From assembly GCA_028023455.1 (NCBI GenBank), contig JAQFVV010000003.1, forward strand, positions 18,042,001 to 18,106,000: DNA of 64,000 nt, given 5' to 3'. The notes under the pieces are model-generated. The model saw only the letters and a list, made by a program, of their open reading frames with translations, had not been told where the DNA came from and did not search any database. This stretch comes from Epiperipatus broadwayi. Taxonomy: Eukaryota > Animalia > Onychophora. The translations under genes and the position numbers were made by a program. Shown piece after piece: positions 51,461 through 63,651 of the stretch. Position 1 is the stretch's first letter, and every line of letters begins with the position of its first letter.

Positions 51461-53101
51461 AAACATTTTGATTTGATTTCTGACTTTGACAAATAAAAAA
51501 TGCCTGGAGAATAATAGCCAAAGTTGACAATCAGTGCTTTGTGGCACTTTATAAGGGAAAAGAGGTAGGACTATATACAATAGAACACAATCAGAAATCG
51601 ATTTTTTGCAAAAAATACTGCCAATAGCAGATATTTTTGGGAATTAAAATTTAAATACCCATAAAGCTATGAATTTACGACAAAATAAGTGCAAAATAGC
51701 AAAAATGAGACCAAAAATAGCCGATAAATGGCACAAAATTTTTCTGATTTCTGCTTCAAAGTCCTGAAAAAAACATAATCGCCCTCAAATACACTTTCAC
51801 CAAAAAAGTCCCCCCCCCATGTCTAAAAGTTTGGCTATTCCTGCTATAGATCCTCTTTGAAAAGATAACGAAAACTTATCTTGTATTTCATTTTTAAAAT
51901 TTCTAACTATTCTAAGTTGATGCATAAATTTTTTAATCAGTCTCTAATATAGGTTTGATTGTTTTCATGCAGTATATATATTTTTATTTACTTTTACTTT
52001 ATAAATTTGTATTCTTGTGAAAATACTTAATGTCTTGTTTATTTTATCTTATTCCCTTTAGCATCTTCAAGTTCTACAGATTTCTTTCTTCATTTTACAG
52101 TTTTTCTTCTAATGGTCACAATGATTATAACTGTAGCAGAACATACTTCTCCATTTACATTTAAAAGCATGTGCTCTCCCTTTCTTCAATATTGATTAAA
52201 TTTCTTTACTTTATACTCAAATTTCCTGCATTGTTTATTTACTAGTGTCAAAGCTTAAAACTTCTTGACCAAATCCTTCACTAACTTGTAGATGAATTAG
52301 GTCAACATGCTTTTTCATATTTTATATTATCTTTCACTAATATGTTGGTAGAATTTATTTTCTATTATTTCTATAACAGCTGTTCTAGAAGTGCTGTCTC
52401 TAGAAAATTTCTGTAGCTATATCTACATTATAATCCATTATTTTTCATTTTTTTCTTGTTACATATTCCTAAAGTGCAGTCTTAGTGTATGGATATTATG
52501 GTAAAAAATTAAACTAGTTGTTCAGTTTAATCACTGTCTTGCAAGTGAATCCTTATAACGACTTGACTCACACAATTTATTTGCAATTTCTATTACTTTT
52601 TTTTTCATATATAATTTATAAATTGACCATTCATTAGCATTTTCCACACTAATTGTTTAGTTCAACATTCTCTATTTTGGAATTTTGTCTCTCTAATCAA
52701 GTACCTTATTATCCTAATAATTTATTTTTAAACTTAGTATTAATTTTGTTGTCTATCTCAATTCTTTTTCTGATATATACTGTACATTATAAAGTTTGTG
52801 TATTTCCTATCTTCTTAGATTTCTTATTTTTTAACTTAAAAAATCAATCAGGAAAGTCAAATATGAACTTGACTACATTTATTATTATATAAAAAAAATA
52901 TTTAAGTTTCAACAGTAGTGTTCTGATTTATCATGTCAGCCGCTTGATGACATAATTCTCTGGGCATAATTGTTAAGAGATTCTTGACTTCGTTTATGGA
53001 GAAGCTACAGTACATCACATCACATATACATAAATTTAAATTAGTTTGCTTAATGCAAATAATTCTAAAAATGTCTATTCTTTTTACATTTTTAAACCAA
53101 T

Positions 53102-53548
53102 AAACATCACATGACCACCACCTCTTATGCTTGTGTATAACTGTTGTCAAAAGAGGCAAAACTCACTATACGTATGCCACACACAGCAAGCTAGAGTAAT
53201 CAATGGATGCCAGAAGGCTTGTGCATAAAATCCCCATCTAGTGCCTACTCATCCAATATCCCCAGACTAGTTTCTGGCTTGTTGCCTTCGTCAGTGAGGA
53301 GCCTTGGATCTGAGAGCACATGCATAAAATCCCCATCTAGTGCCTTCTCATCCAATATCCCTAGACTAGTTTCTGGCTTGTTGCCTTCACTAAGGCTCCT
53401 CACTGACGAAGGCAACAAGCCAGAAACTAGTCTGGGGATATTGGATGAGTAGGCAATAGATGGGGATTTTATGCACAAGCCTTCTGGCATCCATTGATTA
53501 CTCTAGCTTGCTGTGTGTGGCATACGTATAGTGAGTTTTGCCTGTCTT
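53102..53548. mobile_element. HHR repeat family 1, locus F: antisense arm, extra partial antisense arm, sense arm; HHR motifs at 53259-53300 (-), 53359-53389 (-, partial) and 53397-53438 (+)
   Basis: Near-perfect palindrome. The sense HHR reads TCCTCA CTGACGA A GGC aacaa GCC A GAAA C TA G TC TGGGGA. Confidence 0.9.
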
Positions 53549-54699
53549 TTACATTTATGACCAGACAATTAGTTCTACATATACTAATTTTATCAGTTGT
53601 TATGTGACAAACCAGGTCTGTATTTCTGGAGTAATAATTTAATGAGGATGTAAAAAAAAAAGCTAAGTACTTTTTAATCCGACTTTCTTTTTCTCTTAAA
53701 TAAAAATATTTTTCATCTTTTCCTAATCTAATAAATAATTTAATTTTTAATCAACTTTGTAAACTTATATTTTATTCAATTCTAAAGGTTTATTCTTTAC
53801 TGTTAATTTTTAGGAGACTTTATGTTATTGTTGTTTTTATTTGCTTATAAATATATTTCTCTATTTGTACATGAAAACTTTCATTTTATCTGTTCACTAC
53901 TATTACAGCTAGTTTGTTTTGATGCTGAAAGCGCAAATGTGTTCAACACTAAAACTGAAATTGCTTAGGCAAAACTGTAATAACAAATTTACACCTATTT
54001 AAGCTATTTGTGCAATAGGCACTATCTCTCTAATAATTTGTATTGTATATTCTGATTTTTATATAATCCAAAGTTTGGGCTGCAATTTGATAATAATTAT
54101 TATAAATTAAAAATTATTACCTCTGCAGGAAATCAAAAGAAATTTATTAAGTAATTAAATGATCAAACACATTGTTTTTAGTATTGAAACAAAATTAATC
54201 TTTAGCCTTTAAATACAAATAATTTCAAATGAGATAACCAAATATTGGGATGCTATAATAAATTATCATCTTATGATCAGGTACTTAAGAGATTACATGA
54301 CATTCCTTCAACAAGTTCACAGCATATGGTAATGTAGTTCTATTAGTAAGATTTTTTTTTTTCTTTTGTCCATTCATCACTACTCAGGAACTTCTAGTTC
54401 TCAAGTCTGTTACAGAGTAAATTTTCTGATCACAAACAGTAGTAAACAACCACAATGTTCAGTAGATTGCAGTTTATGGATAATAAAAGAATAGCCAAAA
54501 TAGTATTTAATTGGGTTATGAATAAACAGCAGGCAACAAGATGGGTGAGAAAGGTAATGTGATAGGCATAAAATTTGGATAAAGAATTTATGTCAGTATA
54601 CGTATACAAAAGGTAGGATGATTGTGTTAGGAGAATTGTTGAGTGTTATAGTGTTAAAAAATGGCATAGAAGAATAGATGCATTAATAGGAGTCGGAGA

Positions 54700-55260
54700 A
54701 ATGGAGAACTAGTATGGAGAGTAAAAAAAGTTTAAATATATATAGAAGTAAACAGAATATTGGGTGAGAGTTACTTTATGATAATAGCAGGGAAAGTAAT
54801 TTACTGTTTAAGACTCGAATAGGATCTTTAACAACAAAAGAATATAAGCATAAATGGAAAAATGTGGGTTATTTAGTCTGCAAGTTGTGTAAGAAAGACA
54901 TAAAAAATATTAAGCATCTATTAATTGAATGTAAATGCCTGAAAGCAGAAAGAGTTTCAAATAATGAAGTTGTGGAAGAATAAATATAATCAAAGCGATT
55001 ATACAGAAAGTGGGTTATTGTTTTTTATGCTGGGTTTGGAAAAAGATAAGGGGGATTTAGATATAAAGGCAATGGAGTTGGCTAAGATTATGTTGTGGAA
55101 ATGGGATGGAGCAGGATAGAGAATACAGGAAAACTTAGGGTGGGGAATGGAAAGTCAAAGTGGTTAACAGGTTTCTCTGAGCATAGCTGCTGAGATTCCT
55201 GACTCCATATAAGAAGTCACAGTGCATCACATCTCATCACACCACTAAAGATGTCAAATG
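54700..55260 (+). mobile_element. 3' end of a non-LTR retrotransposon ORF2 (C-terminal zinc knuckle) and 3' UTR
   Basis: 54801-54953 translates LLFKTRIGSLTTKEYKHKW...VCKLCKKDIKNIKHLLIECKCLKAER, a CX2CX8HX4C motif. Confidence 0.75.
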
Positions 55261-56089
55261 CTATCGCTCTGTCATCGAGGTAGAGAATTTATCATACATA
55301 ATGATTTTATATTAAAATGAAAAGTTAATGGACCTTTATCACACCTTCATTTATGTAATATATTTCGGAACATTTTATTATTGTGTTACTAATAGGGGAT
55401 AAAATAAAAAAATAGTGATTAAATAATTTCCTCTTTTAAAAACTCTATATATTTGTTTTAAAAAGAACATTCACCAAATATTACTTAATTCCATTTTTGT
55501 TTTGAATGGAAAAAACATATTCCTATTATATACATAGTTTATGATTATTTATAAATTAAAAACCTAATAGGTTTTATATATATGAAAATAAATTTACAGT
55601 TTATATATAGAAATATTATTGCTTTATAAGAGTTTGAATACGCTAATGAATGTGTTCATGAATCAAAACACATTTGTTTCTAAGGAAAAATTCTCCATAA
55701 AAAACGGCCGATTACTATTAACATAATGTTTTAATAAATTATACACCCGGAGATATCCATCTGTTATACGAGAATTATAGGATGGGTTTGCAATTGCATC
55801 ATTCATATATTGGCGACATTAGTAGTTAATAAAAAATTGACTAGGACTCAATTAATATTTTCTAGTACAAACGAAAAAAAAAAATTAACTTATTGAACTT
55901 TTTCAAATAATTTGGAGAGAGTACAGTATTAAGTATAAAATCCCAATAAGTTACACCGTTTCTTTTTATTTAAAAAAAAAAAAGAAGAGTATTAATAACC
56001 TGTAATTTTAATAGCTTTTATGTAACTTACTACTATTACATTCAGTTACTTCTACGCATTTTTTTTTGTTTGGACGTAAGAAATTATTA

Positions 56090-56320
56090 AACTACTGCAC
56101 AACGAAATCAGTTAGCAACCATTTTCTCGGCTTGGCTTTGACGTCAAAGTGCCTCACGCTTGCGTATAAGAATGTAAATTTACAGTACTTGGAATTCCCT
56201 CTAGTAGTTGTGCTAAAATAAAATCTCGAAAAAATATACTGCTGACTATCTCACCCGACAATGGCCGGGATTTTTGGTTTTCACACTCGGGAAGCCATTC
56301 GGGTAAAAGTGAAAGTAAGT
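56090..56320 (+). promoter_or_regulatory. Candidate promoter/first exon: CpG-retaining patch with CRE palindrome, X-box-like half site and splice donor
   Basis: CTTTGACGTCAAAG (56136-56149, contains TGACGTCA), GTTAGCAAC (56111-56119) and GTAAGT (56315-56320). CG is locally frequent against a CpG-poor background. Confidence 0.5.
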
Positions 56321-57736
56321 TCTTTATAATTAATTGCTAAAATAAAAAGATTTTTTGAAACATAAGTTGAGAAAATATGCTTGATTGTACCGAGCATGTC
56401 TTACAGCACTGCACTTTATATGTTTTGTGTATAGATTTTTTTTTACTGTTAAACTAATCATGTGTTTCCAGAGCGACATTTTAGAGTATCGAAATTTAAC
56501 ATATTTGCTATAATTATATTGTCTTTCGTCAGTGTTAGCTTCGAATTTTGGCTTTATTTATACACTGTCTTAGATTTTTCCATTTAACGGTGTTCTGCCA
56601 AAATTGTTTCAAAATCAAAACTATTTTTTATTTAAATCATGATACAAATATAGTACTTTTTTGTTATTATTATTTATAATATAAAATTGGAAGAATTATG
56701 TACACTGATTCAATTAATTTTGTCCTCTATAAAATATAAAAAGAAAAATTAGAAACTGATATTTATAGAAATTTTTAAATTTATTAAATTGAAAATGGTT
56801 TACGTAAATGGATGCTATAACTCAATGTTTTAACCAAATTATGTTGAAAGCCTTAACAAACTGTTAATTAATAATATCCACTTTTAATACATGATCGTAA
56901 TAATTCTTTGAAGTTGTAAAATTTGTTTTTCAGTCATAATTATTTTGATTATTCCATTTTTTATTGCTCATGTTTTACACTATATCCATAAACCTATAGA
57001 TATCTTTTAATTATAATATATTAAATTTATAATTAATCGTATATATCTATCTATACATGCAGAATGATTTGCTGTTTATTTTGTCAAATGTGAATTTAAG
57101 AAGATGGTTATAAAAATATATATACAAAACATGGGCCAATACCTTAAAAGTATGGCACTTCTAAGGAATGATGAAGACTTTTTTTTACAGTCATATTTTT
57201 GTTTTATGGTAAGCACAAGGTGAATATTGTCATGCCTATTATTTTAAATTTAAATCTGAAAAATGTCTGTTGATTTATTTAGATAGTTAAGGTATTTTAA
57301 AATCAAATTTAGGATTACTTAGACAGCCATTCAGTACTGTTCAGTAAATGAGTATTTATTTATTCTTAGCTGAAGTTATGGAATTTCGAGCAGTGTGGAA
57401 TAATTAAACTTTGTAATATGAAAGAATTTGGATTAGTGGAAAAAGAATGTGATATATTAATTGGCACTGTGTCCACATATTATGCTTTAAATAAAACTTG
57501 ATATTTTTATATTTAATGTTAAATTTACAGTTACAAGATTTCTTGGTGATCTATATTCATATTTTTCTCATGTAAAAAGTCAGAGAATTATTTTTTTAAT
57601 TATACAGTGCAAGATTTATTGTTTATCAAACAGATTTTTTTTTTCAGCAAGAAATAGATTTAGAAATCTTTTACCCATTAGAAAGTGCATCCAATGAGAA
57701 CAATTTAGAAAATAAATAATTGGTTCAGGAATAGAA

Positions 57737-57795
57737 GCAAAACTCTTCATACAGTAGTGCCATAAAGAATGGTGATCATATGATATTTAATAGTT
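57737..57795. mobile_element. HHR repeat family 1, locus G: minimal head-to-head remnant
   Basis: Antisense gcaaaactcttcatacagtagtgcca is joined to sense aagaatggtgatcatatgatatttaatagtt. Confidence 0.6.
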
Positions 57796-58072
57796 CAAAA
57801 ATAGTTGTTGAAATTTTTATGAAGTTTTTTTAAGAACCATTTTTTTTAATAGGGATACTTGTAGTTATTATTATTGTACATATTTGTAGCAATAATCTAT
57901 TTTGCACTTGAGAACCTTTTCTATAAGCAAGAATAGCAGTATTCATTATACTAATCCCTGGTTTTCAACTTTTATTACTGAAAGTCATCACTTTTGTAGT
58001 AATCAATTGCATTTTTTTACTGCTATTATGCTATCTAAGCCAACAATTGAAACACCCTAAGATTTTGAAAGT

Positions 58073-58770
58073 AAACAGAACAAAACTCTCCATACAGTAT
58101 TGCCACCTGTGCTAAACAGAGTAATCAATGGATGCCAGAAGGCTTGTGCATAAAATCCCTATCTAATGCCTACTCATCCAATATCCCCAGACTAGTTTCT
58201 GGCTTGTGGCCTTCGTCAGTGAGGAGCTTTGGATCTGAGAGCACTGCATCTAGATCTTAGGATCTAATGCAACCCTCTAGCAACCACCTTTTATCTCTAC
58301 TTAACTACTAAACTATGAGAATGAAATTGAAAACACAAAAAATATTTTCAATCTAAGCTCAATAGCTTATATAGTCATATGGGTCTGAACTCAGTTCAGC
58401 ACCCATACATTTTGGTGTCTTTGGCTCTTTTACAACCATAGCCACCACTATCCTATTAGGCAGGATTGGTGTTAAACCATCAAGCATCACATGATCCATT
58501 TCCTATACTAGCACATTAATTGTTGATAAACAGAGCAAAACTCTCCATACAGTATTGCCACCTGTGCTAAACAGCTCCTCACTGACGAAGGCCACAAGCC
58601 AGAAACTAGTCTGGGGATATTGGATGAGTAGGCATTAGATAGGGATTTTATGCACAAGCCTTCTGGCATCCATTGATTACTCTGTTTAGCACAGGTGGCA
58701 ATACTGTATGGAGAGTTTTGCTCTGTTTATCAACAATTAATGTGCTAGTATAGGAAATGGATCATGTGAT
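58073..58770. mobile_element. HHR repeat family 1, locus H: 1.1 antisense monomers (period 455 nt) plus sense arm 58575-58770; HHRs at 58184-58225 (-) and 58576-58617 (+)
   Basis: caaaactctccatacagtattgccacctgtgctaaacag occurs at both 58081 and 58536. The sense arm starts exactly at HHR stem I (ctcctcactgacgaagg) and ends gatcatgtgat. Confidence 0.92.
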
Positions 58771-61227
58771 TTTGAAAATACATTTCACTGTTTGGCTATA
58801 AAAGCTTAACACTAGGTCATGTAAATTTAATGGAATGCAAATATTAAAAGAAAGAGAAACTTTCTTTTCATATAAGTTAAGCACAAATAAAATTACAAAA
58901 AAATAATTTTTTTTTATCTATACATTGTCTATTTTTTATTTGTTTTATTTACAATTTTAATTACAGTTAGGATAAAAGCATTTGTTATTTTTTCAATGAC
59001 ACCACAAAGCTTTTTTTATTGCTTTAGAGTGAGTAAACCTTACTTTTAGGAGTTCACTCAAAGGCCTAGGTCTATATATTCTATTGAAAATGATAATTCT
59101 TTTTTATGTATTAGTAAATCATAGATATCTGTAGATATGTAATGCTTTTCATGAGAAATGGTCACATATTTAGTCATCTGATGCAGATTAGTGTAGCTCT
59201 TACTGTATCCTCCAGTTAAGACTGTTGATACCTATTTACTTGTTCATATTGCAAGACAAGCATCTGGAAAAATCTTAGCAATATTTTTAAAAAAAGCAAA
59301 AACAACATATTTTATTTCCACCATTTTAATTTGAATTCCAGCATAAGAACTATTTATCATTCCATAAAGCCTATTTTCCTTTGGCTTGCAGAGAAAATAT
59401 GTTTAATATTAACATTAATGAAATTAGTAACAATTTTTTTTTATTTATTTAGCTAAATAGCTAGTAATCAGTTTGAAATGCATGTGATCTACCTTTCATG
59501 GCATGAGTAATCAGCAGACGGCACACTGATCTCCAGAATAGGTTCTGATTATTTGATATTTTTAGTAGGAACACAATATAGCATAACCACTTAGTTATTC
59601 AGTAAACATCTTTTATTATATTATTCAAGCTTTTGACTGTGAGATGACTACCTAAGAGAAGTATGCTAAACTTTCTTGAAATTTCTGTTATTCTAAAATG
59701 TTGAATTTTTACTGAAATCTAAAAACCAGGTCTCTGTCTGGTTAGCAGATGTGTCAATCCACTATACCATGGGTATAGTGTATTTCTATTATGATTTATT
59801 TCTTCTTATTCATTTTGAGACTGTCATGTTTTAACCTTAAAGCTTAGTTCTCTTTCAACCTAAACCATCATAATTTAATAAAACACATGACACAAAAAGT
59901 CATGTCATTTTTTTTCACACTTTTTTATTCCTGGCTCTTCTGTGATAGATCTGTAAAATCAAAATTATGCTAATTATGAAAGTTGGACTATATTATACAT
60001 TTTTTATTTCAAGATATTTAAAGGTTTGCATTTGAATAAATTAAAAAATATTTTTATATTATGTAAGAAAATATTTAGTCTTCTAAAACAAGAATGTATT
60101 ATGACTGTGAAATTCTGTGTGTAGCTTATAAGGAAATAAGATTTTTGAAACTTGAAAGGACTTAAAAAAACAAAACAATGAATCTTATTACAAAAAAAAT
60201 TTAAACCAAATTTGTTAATTCACGTTTTTTTAAATTTAGTTTCTAATTTATTAATTTTTATCATTTCTATATTTTTTTATCCTTTTGCAGAAATAGGATT
60301 TTGAGTTTTAAAAGATTTAAAATATTCCTGGTAAATTGGAGAGATATAGGGTAGTAAATCCATAATATCGTTATGTTTTTCTTATGTAGGATAATGGAAA
60401 TGGATATTTTCATATATTTTTGGTCTTCCCCTTTTGGGTGAAAGGTTTAAAACATGGAATTCAACATCATCATCTAAAGAAATTTTATAGAACATCTTAT
60501 ATGAGGCATTTAAAAAAAATCTCGTCCATTATGTTTTCAGCCAAGAGACAGATACTCCCGCGATATTTTTTGCTCTTCTTGTTGATTCTTCCAGTTGTTT
60601 TATTGAAATAAAATTCTACTGTATCATTTGTTCTATCAAAAATGGATTCTTTTTACTACATAGTTCTATTAATTCATAATAATGTTCACGGATATATAAG
60701 TAATTCATTTTTCTTATTCCCATTTCTGTAGAGCCAAAATCATGATCATTCAGCAACATATTGATTTATTATTTAAAATATTCTTACCTGAACCACTATC
60801 TGATGGCATAATAGTAAAATAATTAATTATTTTTTCACAAACAATAAATTCATAAGAGTGCAACTGACTTAGTCCATTATTAAATTAAACACTAACTGAA
60901 TTCTGATTAATGACACAACAGGCAAGTCAATTTAATGGTTCAATATTTAAAAAAATTTTTAAAATTACATCAGATTATTTTAATTTAAATGAATATGAAG
61001 TAAAATAACTGATCTCTTTTTTTTTAAATACTTGACTTAGGCCACTTTCAAAATTATTGGCTTATATATCTTAAGAAATAAACTGTATCCTGGACATTAT
61101 CTTTTGATTAGTTTTATTCATTTTATCAGCTTTAGTGTATTATGGTAAAAATAGTATTACCAACAAAACAAAAAATAAAACATAATTAATAATTGTATAA
61201 ATGCATGGTGATTTACAAAGATCTATA

Positions 61228-61290
61228 CAGTTTAGCGCATTGGTAGAGGGTCAGACTGAAATGGGAGGTTCTAGGGTCAATTCCAATGTT
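61228..61290 (+). mobile_element. tRNA-derived SINE head remnant
   Basis: A-box-like TAGCGCATTGG (61233-61243) and decayed B-box GGGTCAATTCC (61274-61284) at tRNA-like spacing. Confidence 0.45.
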
Positions 61291-62645
61291 GGCATTTTGA
61301 GCGCTCAAACTTCTAATGAACTCTTGAGCACTAAAGCCATTTGAATTTTTTTTTTTTAAGAGTATAGTAATGGATAATGAATTTGAATTATTAATTAAGA
61401 AATTTTATGCCAACAATAATTTTTAATTTCTTAAAATTTTATATTTTTTAATGTGTTATGAATTCTTGAATGTCAAGGTATTTTGAAAAAATTATTATTT
61501 GTTTTTACAATCTATAATAATAATTTTTTTATCTAACTTTCTTTGTTATTGTAATATTGTGATAGAACTGGTAATGCCTATTGCATGGCTGTGGGTCAGG
61601 GGTTGAATTTTTAACTATTGTGACATAAATGAACATTTCCTTATTTCAAAATCTTTCAATGTACATATATGAGATTTAATAAAATCCAGCAATCTGCAGT
61701 TAAATTGAAATGTTTACTAGCAAGTGTTTATGGGCGTTTTAATATTGTCAGATATGTGCTATTAAAAACATTAGCAAATTCCATAAAATAAAAGAATTAA
61801 TAGTTGTCATTTATGAATTATAAATGTGAAGATAGAAAATTAATATAAGTATAGAATATGTTCCAGCATCTGATTAGAGTTTTATTTTACAAGAACTAAA
61901 TATTATTGTTCAGAATTTATTTTTTAAGTCCATAAAATTGAGAAGTTTATAATGTTTAAAAAAAAAAAAAGATTAAATATATCAAACTTACATTCTTATT
62001 TTTTAAATTGATTAAAATAGGATTATGTTGTTTTGGAACAGTAAAGAATTTATCTAAGAAATATTTAAATTGATAATAAAGTTTGTTTTCTGATAAACAA
62101 AAATATGCTCTTAATTAATTAATGCAATTGCATTTGGTTGATTAGAATATATACATTTAATTAAGAAACAGTGGTTTTAATATTTGATCTTAGTGAACTC
62201 ATGAAATAAGAAACTAATTAAATTAGTTTTAAAACAACAGATGACAATCTGTATTCCAGTTCTTAGTAATTGTATATTAAGTTCATGCAAATTGTTTTTA
62301 AAAATAAGTTTAGTGACAAGAAAAGTTTTATTTAGCTGTTTAAGAGATAGATGCTCTTGATAATTCACATAAAAGCATGGAAAAGTTTCAGTATATTGCT
62401 GTAGTCACCAAAATGAGTGATTAAATTTCCTAATTAAATCACTTGTAGACAATCCTGTTGAGATATAGTCTGACTGGCTTCTAAAATGTTATCTCAAGTT
62501 TTAATTTATTTTAATTGTAGCTAAAAATAACTGAAAACTCATTTATTCTTCAATAAGCTATAACTATTTGGTAGATATATTTTATTATTACAGTCATAAT
62601 AACTGTTCTTAGAATGAGCAACTTCTGCCAAATCAGTTATTAATT

Positions 62646-62830
62646 AAAACAGGCAAAACTTACTATATATATTGCCACACACAGCAAGCTAGAGTAATCA
62701 ATGGATGCTAGAAGCTTTCTGGCATCCATTGATTACTCTAGCTTGCTGTGTGTGGCAATATATATAGTGAGTTTTGCCTGTTTTAACAACAGTTATACAC
62801 AAGCATAAGAAGTGGTCATGTGATGTTTAT
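62646..62830. mobile_element. HHR repeat family 1, locus I: spacerless palindrome centred at about 62715 with tail on the right
   Basis: aaaacaggcaaaacttactat...gatgctagaag / ctttctggcatc...atagtgagttttgcctgtttt, then aacaacagttatacacaagcataagaagtggtcatgtgatgttt. Confidence 0.9.
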
Positions 62831-63651
62831 TGGCAGTTATTAATTGATGTTACTGCCATAATTATTGAGTACTCATTTCTTTATAAATTACATACTAATA
62901 TATATTTGAAAATAAGTACCACACCTATGATAAAATCTTCCATAATCTCACAAACATTTTATGCCAAAATTGTTGATTTTATATATAATAACAAATTCAG
63001 ACATAACAGCTTGCAAGAATGAGATTGAGTTTTTTATATTCACAATAATAACACAATTTTGACATTACATCTTGTGGCTAGCAGAGAGATCTTTTTTTGA
63101 CTTAAAAAAAATAACAATTTGGATATTAAAATCACATGATTTGGTAGTTATTTTCAATTATATTTAATAATAATATATGTATACAAACATACTGTAATGG
63201 TCAAATATGTACATTTGCGTAACAAAATCTAGAATTTTAGTAAATCATCCCAAGGCCGACCAGAATACGGTGGTGCAACCACAGGTCTTATATAGCCCCA
63301 GTTGCTTTACTATTGCTCAGAGATTTACTACCTTACAGATGACACATCTGAGTTTACGGCAGTATTTTCTCTCATCATGTTCCGGCAGTAGAACATCAGT
63401 AGAACAAAAGACTAAACAAGTTGGCACTCTATCTAGTATAGCTATATAGGTATCATGTGGCTAGGATATGATTATTAAACATTGAGCGGATTTTTAATAA
63501 CCAATAATAAATAATTACTAAATGATGGAATGATTATGAGTCGGTGAGCAAAACTAAGACATGAAACAAAGTTAAATTTAAAACAAATTTAATTAAGTTA
63601 AAATTTTGAAATAATAACCAAAACAATATTACAATAGCTAGATGGTTGGTC

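Noticed and set aside
53207-53490. Mirror ORFs 53207..53452 (+) and 53245..53490 (-) with near-identical peptides
   Set aside because: By-product of the family 1 palindrome; the frame is not conserved in other copies.
9692-62830. Helentron/DINE-like interpretation of family 1 (asymmetric inverted ends, T-rich termini, tandem copies)
   Set aside because: Not excluded, but disfavoured: the inverted arms vary from about 25 to over 150 nt with locus-private identity rather than a fixed short sub-TIR, and an HHR fold is embedded.
52902-63022. ORFs 52902..53159 and 62774..63022, both starting MP(L/V)LTTVIHKHK
   Set aside because: Both start in the non-coding family 1 tail and run into unrelated flanks.
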